DNA from: Trichodelitschia bisporula
Taxonomy: Eukaryota
Assembly (NCBI GenBank): GCA_010356995.1
Contig: ML996689.1
Coordinates: 1,506,691-1,570,690 of the forward strand
Length of the DNA: 64,000 nt
Direction of reading: 5' to 3'
Position 1 is the first letter of the stretch. Each line of letters begins with the position of its first letter. Position numbers and translations under genes: made by a program. This document shows, one piece after another, positions 36,064 through 47,772 of this stretch. A model generated the notes under the pieces. That model did no database searches, was not told the origin of the DNA, and saw nothing but the letters and a program-made list of their open reading frames with translations.

Positions 36064-38610
36064 CTAGGCACAAGAGAAAGCGCGCCCAAGGAAACTACCA
36101 CCATGAGGTCCTTTACCCGAGCCTGAGCCCGGACCCGTTGACCGCATCGACACCACAAGCAATACCTTGATGAGCACGGAGCCACGCGGCGCGACCACGG
36201 CAAGCAGCAGTAGCGTGAGAAGGCTGACTATGTCACCAGGAGACATGGACACATCAAACGAGGGCCGGACCGCAACCTGCTGGCCAAACTTTTCGTGGCA
36301 AGGGGGATGGTCTTGCTCGGCGGAGTCGATGTCTACAAAGCCGGGTTTGCCCAAGGAAGCACCGCCGGCATTTGCCAGATTGTCTGCGTTGAGTGCAGGA
36401 GTTGAATCGAATTGCGGTTCGGGGAATCCCAGGGCGTATCTCATCACAGTGCTGAAAAGCTTGACGACTGCGGCGAGTGCCAGGAATACCTTCAGTGCAA
36501 GCAGCGAGTGGATCAGGCCGCCCGGGTGAGGAGTGGATAAGCCGTTGTGTTCGTGGCGCTTTAGGTTCGAGGACTTGAAGGCGGAGTTGGCAGGTCCTGC
36601 CGCGACACACTGGCAGCAATACCACAGAATCTTTGTCGCCGAGGCTGGGCGTTGGCGGAGTAGCCAGTGGATGGTGTCGGATGAGGAGCCTGACGGGGTG
36701 AGGGAGGGTGTTGCTGATGCAACATTGCCGCCAGCAGAGCGTAGGCCGTCTGGTGAAGATACCAGGTGCTGTGCACGAGCATGGCCAGTCGCTTGAGTGC
36801 CAGGGCCGGAAGGTATCAGGTCGACGTGGCGTTGGAGGCCAAGTGCCACCGGTCTCAGATCCATGGCACCTGGGATTGCCGTAGCAGCAGCGGCGCCTGC
36901 CAATGACACGGCAGCCTGCGCGGAGTTTGTGGCACGGGCCGGAGCGCGACGCCGAGAGGCTTCGATTACCCGCACTGGGGTTACTTGGTCGTGAAGCGTC
37001 CTGTGTTCGTGCCCAGTTTGCGCAGGCAGGAGTAATCCGGTGCCGATGTTGAGTAGGAGTTGATCCGGAGCGGCAGCGTTGAACCCAATCGAGCCGAAGC
37101 TCTCTAGATCCACGAATGCTGGGGACTGTTCCAATGCTTGACCACCTGAAGTGACCCGATCCGGACGCGAGTCAACAAACCCACCCGAACGGTTCGTATG
37201 GTCCTTGTAAAGCCAAAGAGTATGCGGGGAGCGAGCAGCCTCCTCAGGCGGTGCCACTCCATTCTGTGCATCAAGGCCAACGGACGAAGGTGATGATGAC
37301 GAGCTCTTCACTGGGGATTTCGCACTATCATCTGATACTGCGTAATACAACGGTCGACCGTCAAGGCCGACAACGGGGATTACGTCGTGATTGCCCAATG
37401 GAGCCCCTTGTGATGCTGGCATTGCGAAGTCCATGGTTGGGCCCACGAGAGTGTGGGTGGGTGCGGATGTGTAGGAGAGATCGGGTAGTTGGTGTGTGGA
37501 CACGAATGGATTGTGATTTACGGCTTGAGAGAATGATGCTGCATCGTGGGCCAAAGAGAAGTCAGGTGTAGGTTGAGAGGAGGCGGAAGAGAAATCGAGG
37601 GAGGTCTCAAGAGATGGGATGTGGTTTGTCGAGGTAGGGAATGCTGGGAGGTCGACGAAATCTCCAGGAACGTTGTTGCTCCAGGAGTTGTTGCCAAACC
37701 AGTGGGATGACATGTCCAATTCCACCTCGGGCTGTGGAGGGTCGAAAAGCACAAAGTCGTTCCATGGGATGTCCTGCAAAGCATCGAAAGACAGATTGGA
37801 AGATGCAGTGGGGTCGATTGAATGGTTGGCAGATTCGGAGTTCTGGGAGCTATCGCTTGAGACGGCAACGGTGCTGACGGGAGTAGAGAGCTGAGCCGCA
37901 ACAGGAGCCTTGCTAACTATCCCGGGGACAGCCGCAACAGTCTTCTTGGAGACCCTATACTTCCCGGAGGAAGAAGGAGACGTCTGCTGAGACCCCGAAG
38001 TATCATGGCTGCACTGCGAGGGTATTAGCGGGAGGCAGTGAGTGGAGTTTAGAGTACGCACCTTTCTCCGCTTCCGCTTGCAATCGGCGCAAGCACCGCT
38101 GATCCGCTTCATCTTGTAAGCCTCCTTTTCCTTGCTGGTCATGGCTCGTCTGTGGTGAAGCTTTGGCTGGTTCTTGCTGGGAAGGCTCCACTCATGCATG
38201 CAGTCCTTTAGAGCGGGGAGCTTCGACGATTGTGGTGTCGAGGCCGAAGACTTTGACGACTCAGATGCGGGCTGCGGCGTGTGTGACGACGTGGTAGGTG
38301 AGGGGATGGACCCGGTGGAGGAAACGAAGGTGAGTTCTGGGGAGGGGAGGTATTGGGATTGGGATGGGGGATTGGTGACGGATTGGGCTTGTTCTTGCAG
38401 CCAATTCTCCTCACGTTGCTCGTCCAGAAGAAAGTCGATGACGGCCTGACGCATGCGCGCCGCCTGGTTAGGCAAATGAGGATAAGCCTTCTTCAGTGCC
38501 TCGAAGAGTTCATCGGAACCCTTTGCCGGCCAGAACTCTAGGCTTGCCGTGGGGTCGAGGGCCTCTCCCGGACCTGCCTGGCGCCGGGTGATGGAGAAGT
38601 CACGAGCCAT
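36064..38610 (-). CDS. Putative fungal transcription factor with a basic CxxC-x6-C-x-H (Zn-cluster-like) motif and C-terminal hydrophobic helices; intron 38061-38014
   Basis: Long ORF; first ATG at 38610 after a probable 5'UTR intron (GTATGT..CTAAC..CAG, ~38752-38689). Spliced motif KMKRISGACADCKRKRRKCSH. Ser/Pro-rich middle. The 3' structure is uncertain. Confidence 0.65.
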   Translation of the reverse strand: MARDFSITRRQAGPGEALDPTASLEFWPAKGSDELFEALKKAYPHLPNQAARMRQAVIDFLLDEQREENWLQEQAQSVTNPPSQSQYLPSPELTFVSSTGSIPSPTTSSHTPQPASESSKSSASTPQSSKLPALKDCMHEWSLPSKNQPKLHHRRAMTSKEKEAYKMKRISGACADCKRKRRKVRTLNSTHCLPLIPSQCSHDTSGSQQTSPSSSGKYRVSKKTVAAVPGIVSKAPVAAQLSTPVSTVAVSSDSSQNSESANHSIDPTASSNLSFDALQDIPWNDFVLFDPPQPEVELDMSSHWFGNNSWSNNVPGDFVDLPAFPTSTNHIPSLETSLDFSSASSQPTPDFSLAHDAASFSQAVNHNPFVSTHQLPDLSYTSAPTHTLVGPTMDFAMPASQGAPLGNHDVIPVVGLDGRPLYYAVSDDSAKSPVKSSSSSPSSVGLDAQNGVAPPEEAARSPHTLWLYKDHTNRSGGFVDSRPDRVTSGGQALEQSPAFVDLESFGSIGFNAAAPDQLLLNIGTGLLLPAQTGHEHRTLHDQVTPVRVIEASRRRAPARATNSAQAAVSLAGAAAATAIPGAMDLRPVALGLQRHVDLIPSGPGTQATGHARAQHLVSSPDGLRSAGGNVASATPSLTPSGSSSDTIHWLLRQRPASATKILWYCCQCVAAGPANSAFKSSNLKRHEHNGLSTPHPGGLIHSLLALKVFLALAAVVKLFSTVMRYALGFPEPQFDSTPALNADNLANAGGASLGKPGFVDIDSAEQDHPPCHEKFGQQVAVRPSFDVSMSPGDIVSLLTLLLLAVVAPRGSVLIKVLLVVSMRSTGPGSGSGKGPHGGSFLGRAFSCA

Positions 38611-39827
38611 TGGACGGGATGACAAAGAGGTTACTAGAGATGGAAATGTTTGAGGAGCCACGGTTAAGGCTCTAGAGAACACGGTGATCTGCAATGACTA
38701 GTTAGTGGGGATGCGAGGCTTATATGTCTTGCGGAGGTGAACTTGTACATACTTGGTGGCTGGTGGTTGGTGCTGAAGCGGAAGGTAGGCGGAGCTGGTC
38801 GCTTCACAGCCTCTTGTGGCTGTGTGTACGGAAGGGAGATGAAGACACCGCTACTGAGACGATGTCACAGCTGATATCTCAAGCCAGGAACGCCTTCTTC
38901 GTATGTATTGGATGACTTAGGAAGAGGGATGATTGTGGGAAAGTTTGGGGAGAAGGAGGAGGTTCCTGGAGGTTGTTGAATTGGGACTACCTATATTCCT
39001 ACCTCAGATTGCTCAGCGGTCGGTGTTCCTTCTTGAGTCACCGGAGTCTGGGCACGTAAATACGGGACCTACTGCGTAAATCATCCTCATGGCTATTCTG
39101 AACATGCCACTTGCATTGCTTTGCTCCTCCCGCATTCTGAAGCGATGTGCAGCAGAGACGTTCCTTGCAGGAGAAAAGGAATTTTGTCAAAGTCCGATCT
39201 CTCTCTCCCATTAACCTTAACTGCAGCGCACCTATTTTTCAAATCGTACCGCGTTCCTATCCTCACCATCTTCACCTCGAAGTGCATTGAATTCGCGGAC
39301 AGACTACGAGTAGGGCCCACAGTACGCTTTCCGCAGTCTTCTTTCGTCCAGCGGTGTTGCGGTGTCCCCGTTTCTGCCTAGCTCAGAAGGAATCCCTGGC
39401 TGCGGACGGAAGCTTGGTTGCGCGGCCCGGCCGCTAGAAAATGTGGAGCAGGGCTGAGCTGTGACTGAGGTGGGGAACAGCCTGGGATGCTGGGCAGACA
39501 ACCTCAAGTATCAACTCTGACTACGACGTACAGTAGCCGTTAAAAATGTTGAAGCGGGGTATGCTAACCTTAACTGTGTGCTAACTGATTGAGTATCATG
39601 ATGCTTGAAACGGCTTTCTCAACGACACCGATGGACAGCTAGTATCTTCACTCCCAACGGTAGACGAACTGAATGAGGTCACTCGGATGCCCCGAAGTAC
39701 AGGCGTTCAAGAGGTGCAGAAGCAACGGATTTTGGACTAGCTCCGAATACAACCCTTGCGATCCTGACCTGCATTCCAAATGACTCCCCGCAATGCGACA
39801 ATGCATAGCAACCCCCAATGGACAAGC

Positions 39828-41315
39828 CTACCGAAGTGAGTCACTTGTGAATGCGATCTTCTTCCTGTTGGTCAATTGATCGTCGACAACATTCTTAACC
39901 TCTGTACACAGTCTTTGCGACAGAAATGCCAGGCCCAACTCCTGGCTAGTGTACCAACTGGCCCTGTCCATATTCCCGCTCCCCAGGACCAGCCATTCTC
40001 CATCAATCAGAGTCATCTTCAGATGAGATTGCACCGGCTCATTTGAGTTGTCCGACTCGATAGCTGAGAAGTACTCGATAGTAAGTTGACCGGGATGCTG
40101 AAGACCGGTCTCTTCATCAGCCGCTGAAGCCTCCGCTTTGAGGCGTTTGTATCGCTTAATGAGAATCTTCATGCACTGAGTCGTCGTCTTTCCCGCCGTC
40201 CCCAACTGCTCCAGAATCATTAGTCTCTCGCTGGTGACAATGTGAACGTTGACCCCGCGTCGCAACGCCTTGAGCAACGCTGATAGAACCGGTGGTGATG
40301 TGACATTTGGCGACTGCATGTAGATGGACGAGGTTGCCGAAAGAAACTGAGTGAGGAGGAAGACGTTGAGCGGGGTGGGCGGCGGAGGGTTCGCAGCTTG
40401 CCATGGAAGAGGACGAAATCTTGGATTGACGTGGTGAGGTGACGGCAAGAACATTGTGAATATTGGACCAAGCTCGTCAAACTGGACAACGGAATGCGCG
40501 GGACCGCCGATGCTGTCCACCGGTATATATGCCGGCTCAGACAAGATGCTTAGCTCCTCAAATTGGGGGCTTCTGACCCAAAACTGACGCCAGAATTCGA
40601 CGAAACGCTCAACGATCGGTCCACTGACTGCAATTGCACCCTCAAACCAAGGCTCCCAGCTCACGTTACAGCTGGGTATCCATGCGAACTTTCGGTCGAC
40701 CATAAGGAATTTCGGATGCATGACACTGAATGGTCGGACGAAAATGCTCTTCGCTTGGACTTCGAGGCCTGGAAGCTCAGCCTCGCTGGGAAGCCCCAAT
40801 CTGCGTGACCATTCTGTGGCTGCATACGTTCGTCCCGAGAGAGAGGATGTTTGGAAAAGCTTCTGAAAGACGGATAAAGACGAGAATCCAATGTGGACTC
40901 GAACTCGAGGTCGGTTGTTTTTGACGACATCATTGGACAGCTTTTTCAACGAAGCGGCGAGCTTATCCAATGACGAAGAATTCGCCCAGAAGCAGGTGAT
41001 GAGAACAATTTCAAGCCGTGCATTCTCGATTGACGCCTGCATATGGGAGTATAGGTCGTCTCCGGTACCGACGAGAAACGCGTGCGCTCGAGACTCCGCG
41101 CAGAGGGAGATCGGGTTGTGAGTGAAGTAATTAGGGTCATCGTGTGCATTGAGAGCGCTTTTATCCTGCAATGCTTCCAGCCATCCTTTGGCACCCTCTG
41201 GGATATTGTCGGGTGGAGTCATCACAGGATGTGCGAGGTTGGTGCTGAAGTCGATGATTGACCGCGTTGAGTCCATTATCAAGTGGTCCGTGGTCGGATG
41301 TCGCTGCACGTCCAT
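39828..41315 (-). CDS. Phospholipase D / cardiolipin synthase-like superfamily protein
   Basis: Two HxKxxxxD motifs (HPKFLMVD..SCN; HLKMTLID..GSGNMD). First in-frame ATG at 41315; the start is uncertain. Confidence 0.88.
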   Translation of the reverse strand: MDVQRHPTTDHLIMDSTRSIIDFSTNLAHPVMTPPDNIPEGAKGWLEALQDKSALNAHDDPNYFTHNPISLCAESRAHAFLVGTGDDLYSHMQASIENARLEIVLITCFWANSSSLDKLAASLKKLSNDVVKNNRPRVRVHIGFSSLSVFQKLFQTSSLSGRTYAATEWSRRLGLPSEAELPGLEVQAKSIFVRPFSVMHPKFLMVDRKFAWIPSCNVSWEPWFEGAIAVSGPIVERFVEFWRQFWVRSPQFEELSILSEPAYIPVDSIGGPAHSVVQFDELGPIFTMFLPSPHHVNPRFRPLPWQAANPPPPTPLNVFLLTQFLSATSSIYMQSPNVTSPPVLSALLKALRRGVNVHIVTSERLMILEQLGTAGKTTTQCMKILIKRYKRLKAEASAADEETGLQHPGQLTIEYFSAIESDNSNEPVQSHLKMTLIDGEWLVLGSGNMDRASWYTSQELGLAFLSQRLCTEVKNVVDDQLTNRKKIAFTSDSLR

Positions 41316-41631
41316 TCGCGGCCGTGGCGCCTTCTCGACATCGACATTAGAGCGGTTAAAATCGTTGGTGATGGAACGTTTATAACGGATAGCGTTAGTT
41401 ACGTTTGTTAGTAACGGCACATGGCAAGCGCTTGCAGGGGTCTTCGTCCACTGATATAATGCACAAACTTTTTCACGTGACTAGGCGCTTCTAGTTCGAA
41501 GCAAACTAGTTCTAATTAGGCAAGAGCGTTACTGATGCCCATTGTCTGTCTGTAACGTTGCTGACAGATACCCTATATAACCGTGCTAGCGTCCTATTTA
41601 TGTCCGTCTTCGTCCGTCCGTCTTTCAACAT

Positions 41632-41676
41632 CTTGACAGCTCTAAAACTGCTTGACAGCTCTAAAACTACTTGACA
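41632..41676. repeat. 19-bp tandem repeat CTTGACAGCTCTAAAACT(G/A), ~2.3 copies
   Basis: Read directly from the sequence. Confidence 0.75.
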
Positions 41677-41871
41677 TGCCTGCCGGCATGATACTACTAC
41701 AACGACAATAATCACAACCACCGGATTTCACAGGACCCATGACGCGAAATAGACAACAAGACATCAAAGCGAACTGCATTGAGAGCCGTGAAGCTAATCC
41801 GGTACCTCGATAGGCGATGCCACCCAATGTGTCTTCAACATCATTCTCAGCGACCTCCCGGAAGTCGCGTC

Positions 41872-42588
41872 TCAAGCCTCACTCTTTTGCCGCTTTGTCG
41901 ACTGATCGCCAGCAGCCTCCGGAGCTGGAGTTGCCGCCTCGGTATTTGCATCGATTGCTCGCTTCGCGACTGGCGGAGGCTCGGCAAACTGTTTCCAGTA
42001 ATCCTCCACAAAACCATCCATGAAATGGATGTACTCAGGCCCACCGTTCACCCAGCCTTTGATACCCCCTTCCAGAGTAAAGACCTGAGTTAACTCTGGC
42101 GTCTCTTCCTGTGCAGCGCGAGCCTTCACGTAGTCTGCAAACCATCCGGCACAACGAGGGCCGCGGCCACTTGACGAACCTAGGTACGCATATTAGGAGG
42201 ACATCCAGCTTGACGCAAAGAAAAGAGCCAGGACATCGGTAAACCACAACTTCTCGTCAAGCAAAAGTTGCACAGTAAGAACCAAAGGGAACTATGTAAA
42301 CATACCGCAGTAAAACATGACCCGCGTGATCACCGACGAACCATCCCCCTGACACAGTCGATAAAGAGTCGGCATATTCAGGTAGAAGCTCTGAGCGGGC
42401 ATGTTTAAGCTGCCACGTATGGCTCCACCTTCATAGTCTGTTCGCCGTACATCGATCAGAAGAGTGCCAGCATTCAGAATGTCGCCTATGATGGCATACT
42501 GCCGAAGCAGGTTCTCCTTCTTGTACAAGGGCGCGGTTTGGACTGGAGGAGGCAGCGAGGCCCACCATGGTTGTTCTTCTTGGACCAT
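41872..42588 (-). CDS. Cdc25-like rhodanese phosphatase / arsenate reductase (Ych1/Acr2/Ibp1 family); intron 42305-42180
   Basis: LLIDVRRTDYEGGAIRGSLNMPAQS, spliced active-site loop FYCGSSSGRGPRCAGW, LEGGIKGW. Confidence 0.9.
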
Positions 42589-43209
42589 CACTGGAAGTTG
42601 TTCAATGATATAAAGTTTCGGATCGATGCTGGGAATGCTGCAATGATGTTAAGCTTTGTGGCCAATGCTGAAGGTGGGGGAGCTTGAAGCTCGAAGTTCG
42701 ACTGGCCTGCATGAAGGTACCCCGCAGCACGCTCTCCCCATTGCTGCCCGATCTACCAGGCAGAAGTTTGCCATAGGGCTGAAACCCCCGACGGCATCCG
42801 CTGGCGCATTTGAAGAGGACACCAATGCCAGATGTTGCACGCGGTGACATGATCGCGCTTCTCCCCATTCACTGGATTATATCAGTCAACGCTCCTCTGA
42901 TATGAATCCTCCCTCGTTCTTGTATCTCCTGATCATTCTCTCCTTATTTAGACGTTGACCCGGCCGTCATCTAATCAACTGCCAAATTCATAAGCAGCAC
43001 TTTCTTTCAGACACGCAGCATCCAAGCTCATTGTTTGCCGCACGCATCTGAAAACTGGCCTCTTGAGACGTCCAGCGTCTTATAGTCACAGCTCCCACTA
43101 CTGGTGAGCACCTTTTGTCCTATATAGCTCATCGCTGCTCTCTGCTCAATTTAAATGACACGCAATCCATGCGCTAACATCTGGACCTTGTAGATCCGCA
43201 GCCGCCGCA

Positions 43210-45142
43210 ATGCGAACTGCAGCAAAAGTCTTCTATCTTGCAGTGTTCGCACTGCTTGAGCTTTCGCATGCAGGGACCAGCGGATCGGGTACCTCGAAGC
43301 CTCGGAGTACAAGTCCAGATGTTTGCGCTGTAAGTCCTCCAATATCCCCTATCAACAGGTTGAGTGCTCGACAGCGCGCTCACACAGCCTTCAACCAGTT
43401 CGAACCCAACAGCATAGTTACCGATGCATGCGCCTCATATTCCACCCTCGATACCCTGAACACCGCGCTCCACCCTTATGTGCACTCGCTCACACAGGAC
43501 ACCGACTTCTTCTCCCACTACCGCTTGAACCTATTCAGCAAGAAATGTCCGTTCTGGTCCGATGATAACGGCATGTGCGGGAACATCGCCTGCGCTGTCA
43601 ACACACTTGACAATGAGGAGGACATCCCGCTCGTCTGGAGAGCGGAGGAGCTGGGGAAGCTGGAGGGGCCAAAGGCAAAACATCCAGATAAGAGTCTGCA
43701 GCGAGAGCGACCGGCTCAAAAGCCGCTGCAGGGTCAGCTTGGCGAAGACATTGGGGAAAGCTGCGTTGTCGAGTACGATGACGAGTGCGACGAACGGGAT
43801 TACTGTGTCCCGGACGATGAAGGAGCAAGTGCCAAGGGAGACTACGTGAGCCTGGTGGACAATCCGGAGCGCTTCACTGGGTATTCCGGAGCCGGAGCAC
43901 AACAAGTCTGGGAGGCCATATACCGCGAGAATTGCTTCATCAAGCCGCAGCCTGAGGTGCAACAGTCAGACATATCCTCGCCGTTTGGGAGCAACCCCTT
44001 GCAAGCCAAAGCCGCCCTCGACCTGAAGAACGTGATGAAGGAGCACAACGTGCAACAAGGCGTCCAACAAGCGATTGCTAAAGGATCTGGCAAGACCCCC
44101 GTGGACGAACTTGATTTCGAGGATGAGTGTCTGGAGAAGCGAGTCTTCTATCGGGTTGTCAGTGGAATGCATGCTTCCATCTCAACCCATCTCTGCTGGG
44201 ACTATCTCAACCAAACCACCGGCGAATGGGCACCGAATCTTGAGTGCTATAGATGGCGCTTGCACCCCCATCCCGAGCGCATCTCCAACCTTTATTTCAA
44301 TTACGCATTACTGGTTAGAGCTGTCGGGAAGCTGCGGAACTACTGGAACGATTACACGTTTTGCTCAGCTGACCCCATCCAAAACCGGCACACCAAAACC
44401 CTGGTTAAAACACTGTCCAAGGTTATCAACAGTGGCGACAACGTCTTTGACGAAAGCGTCATGTTCCGCTCCGCGGATGCTGTTGGTCTCAAGGAAGACT
44501 TCCGGAACCGATTCAGGAACGTTAGCCGCGTCATGGATTGCGTTGGTTGCGACAAGTGTCGGCTTTGGGGTAAGCTTCAAACGAACGGCTACGGGACAGC
44601 CCTGAAAGTGCTTTTCGAATTTGATGATGAGTCCCCGGAGGATAACCCTCCTCTGCGTCGAACTGAGCTTGTGGCCCTCCTGAACACTCTTGACCGTGTG
44701 AGCCACAGTTTGACCGCCATCAAGGAATTCAACCGGATGCTAGAAGCAGAGGCTATACGGTCGAGCAAAGTCCCTGGCGTCGAGCGTTCTGAAGCGGCAA
44801 CGGAAACGCTATCCTCTAAAGCGGCCATAGAGACGGAATCCGATGGATGGGAGGATAACACATATCCTTCGGAGCTGAGGCGAAAGCCGGCTCCAACTCT
44901 AGCCGAGGAATTTTGGGCGGAGTTCGGACTCGTTGTACGCGCCTTCCGGTTTATCTTCATCAAGTGGGTAGAACTTCCGAGAAAGCTGTAAGTTTTTGTT
45001 TTTCTCACGCAAGGCATCCGCTAACTTCCCCAGCTGGCATATCTTCCTGTGGGAGGTGGGACGATTGTGGGCTATATTTCTCGGCCTTCCAGCTCCGCCT
45101 AGGAGCTGGCAGATCAGAGTTCCGAACCATGATGAATTTTGA
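43210..45142 (+). CDS. ERO1: ER oxidoreductin Ero1; introns 43330-43398 and ~44988-45033
   Basis: Signal peptide, CPFW..GMCGNIAC, NPERFTGY, SGMHASISTH, MDCVGCDKCRLWGK. The last exon ends PNHDEF*. Confidence 0.96.
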
Positions 45143-45630
45143 TAGCGTTATCTTGTAAAGCAGCTGCGCATTACCATTCTGGTGGAGTCTTTGGTCATTG
45201 CATTTTGAGGAGTTAGGAGGTCTGAGCATTGCACATATAGCTCTCTCGGGATTTTGTTTCCTGTTCTTGACTACTCTGTAGTTGGGTTGATAGTTCCGCC
45301 TCAAGAAGAACGTGAATATATGGGTGGATAGCAGCAATCATGCCATGCAGTTTGGGTGTTGATGCGGCCATGCGGCGTTGTGCTGAGCATGTGGTGGCTG
45401 TGTGGACACAACTGCAGTCCGCGGGGCTATGCTTGCGATACCCACCAGCTCGTATCCAACAAGAAGCTGACAAGACGCTGGATAAGGCCTAATTCTTACA
45501 TCGGAGATATAACAGCCATTTATCCCGTCTCAAACTGAATGGAGCGATGTTGTGCATCCAACATCCCCCGGGGTGATACCTGTCTACGTAGACTCGAAGC
45601 ACTGACGGCTTTGCCCTGCGGGGCCAAATT

Positions 45631-45855
45631 GCTGTAATACGTCTGTTTTTGGGCCTTTTTGCTGTAATCGGAACAATCCCTGCTGTAATCCCACTACTAC
45701 AGACTGCAATTGGCACCCTAAGTTTCTGATTACGCCAATTCAAGTGTAATCCGTACCTAGGGTACCAATTACAGCAACCTGACTGTAATTTGACCTTCCA
45801 CCTCCGTAATCTGACCTTCTACCTCTGTAATCTGACTTATAGGGGACGGATTACA
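45631..45855. repeat. Cluster of about 11 (T)GTAAT/ATTAC(A) motifs, partly in 21-bp register
   Basis: ctgtaat or a variant at 45632, 45662, 45683, 45704, 45783, 45804, 45825. Tandem TGACCTTC(C/T)ACCTC(C/T)GTAATC x2. Confidence 0.7.
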
Positions 45856-47772
45856 ACAAGTTGTTTGTACCCAAGGCACCTCGCCATCTTGTTACCTTGC
45901 CACAACCCCCACAACTCCTCAGCACGAGGGTCCTTTCGCTGTCGCTTGTTGTAACTGCGCAACGGAAAACGGTCCCTAGGGATACCCGAGAAGCTTGTGG
46001 CCGTACCCGTCCGCAAAGATGCCCGAGAAGGGCGGCCGCTGATTTTCGGGTGGCCCTGGGCCAAGGGCTTGGCCTCTGTGTCCCCCACCATATCCTGTTC
46101 TCCGCTCTTCTGCTGTCAACGTCACCCTCAGCTTCGTGTGTAATCATGTCCTTCCAGACCCCAAGGGAGCATCGCGATCGCGCTGCCCCACAATTGTCTA
46201 GCCCCTTACGTAAACCGACCTTCGACACTGCCCATGGACGCCCACGGAATTGTCAGCAAGAGACGGCTGGCCTGAAGATCGCGGCTTCACAATTCGTAGA
46301 GATCGACTCCGTATGGTTTGAGAGGACCCTGATATTGGCATTCAGGACCGTTGCGCTGCGTCTTCGCGCGTAAGGCCCCGGAATTCATGAACCTTTCAGG
46401 GTCTGCGGGCGGATCGCGGTTCATGGGGACATCCGAAACGGCTTCTTTGTCCACATGGCATAGCACTTTGCACGCTGTGTGTAGCCAATAGCCACGATTC
46501 AATTACAGGGACCTCTGAATCCCCACTTCTCACATGACGGCAACATGGGAAAAGTCTCGTAGTGGTTTCTGGAATTGCAAGGTGCTCGATCCGACATTGC
46601 AATATTTGCATAAGCATTCTGGCCTAGAACGGCCCTGCGGCTGAGGCGTGCGGATAGAGTGATTTTACCAGGGAACAGCTCGCGCCATCCCGCACCATGA
46701 TAGCTTACAGTAAGGCTAAATGAAGCAGGACATTCCACGCTTGCACTACACTTCTTCTTACTCTTGGTATGCGGCGATAAACCGTGTTGTATATTATCTG
46801 TTTGAAGCATGGACTTGCCGCAATCCGAGGCCACTGACACTACATATTACACACCTCGGGAATATTCGTGATCGCAGAACTCCATAGTCGTGGCGTTGGC
46901 TTACCATTGTGCATCGCGATCACCATTTCCAATGACCTTTCCCGTTCGAACCTGCATCTCCGAAAACCGGTGGAATGCTAAGCGCGGGCGGCGGGGAAAA
47001 CTGGGGATGCTAGTCCCGGCTGCACATATCGCTCGGGCGTCGGGGCCATCCGAAAAACTTCCTGTGTGCCGGCTGTCGGGACGGATCAGGGACCAGCCTT
47101 GCTTGCTCAATCGGAAACAAGCCCAAGCCACTTCATCTTGGATAAGCTCTCGCGATGTCTACCCCAAAGGCTCAAAGGCGTGTGTGCTGCGCCTAATGCG
47201 CCTGCAAAGGTCGCCTAGCAATGTCGAAGCTGCGCCATTTCCGCTACAGCCTCAGCCTTGTGCGCGCCGTCCCAGCTGATCGCACCGTGTCAGGCTGACC
47301 AACGCGGAGTACTAAGCATCCAAGGTCATGAGAAGCGGGCCCCACTGCTTGGCTACACGTCACTTCTCCACGGACTGTGGGACCATTTAAAATATGGTGC
47401 ACCCTCTTGACTAAACATTTTGGGGTCAGGGATGGTGCGCTAAACTCCTGAACACAATTACGCGTAATAGGGACTCCATGTTAGGCCTCTTGCGTGTGGC
47501 GAGATCGACGGCGATGCTGGACGACACACAGGCCCCTAAACCCGCAAGCTGCTTCCCTGATCCGAACCCTCTACTTCGCTTTCGGCGGACTACAGGGACC
47601 AATTGCACAAGATGCGGGTTGCCGTGCTCATCGGTCCTGAGCATGCAGCCTCGTGTGCCACGGGCTCGGAAGGGGACGCCTGCTCGAAGCCATATCCCAG
47701 CTACAAATACCTCTGGTCCATCCCCGGTGAATTAAACCTTTGTGCGAATTTCTCTCTCCAACAGGCGTCGCA

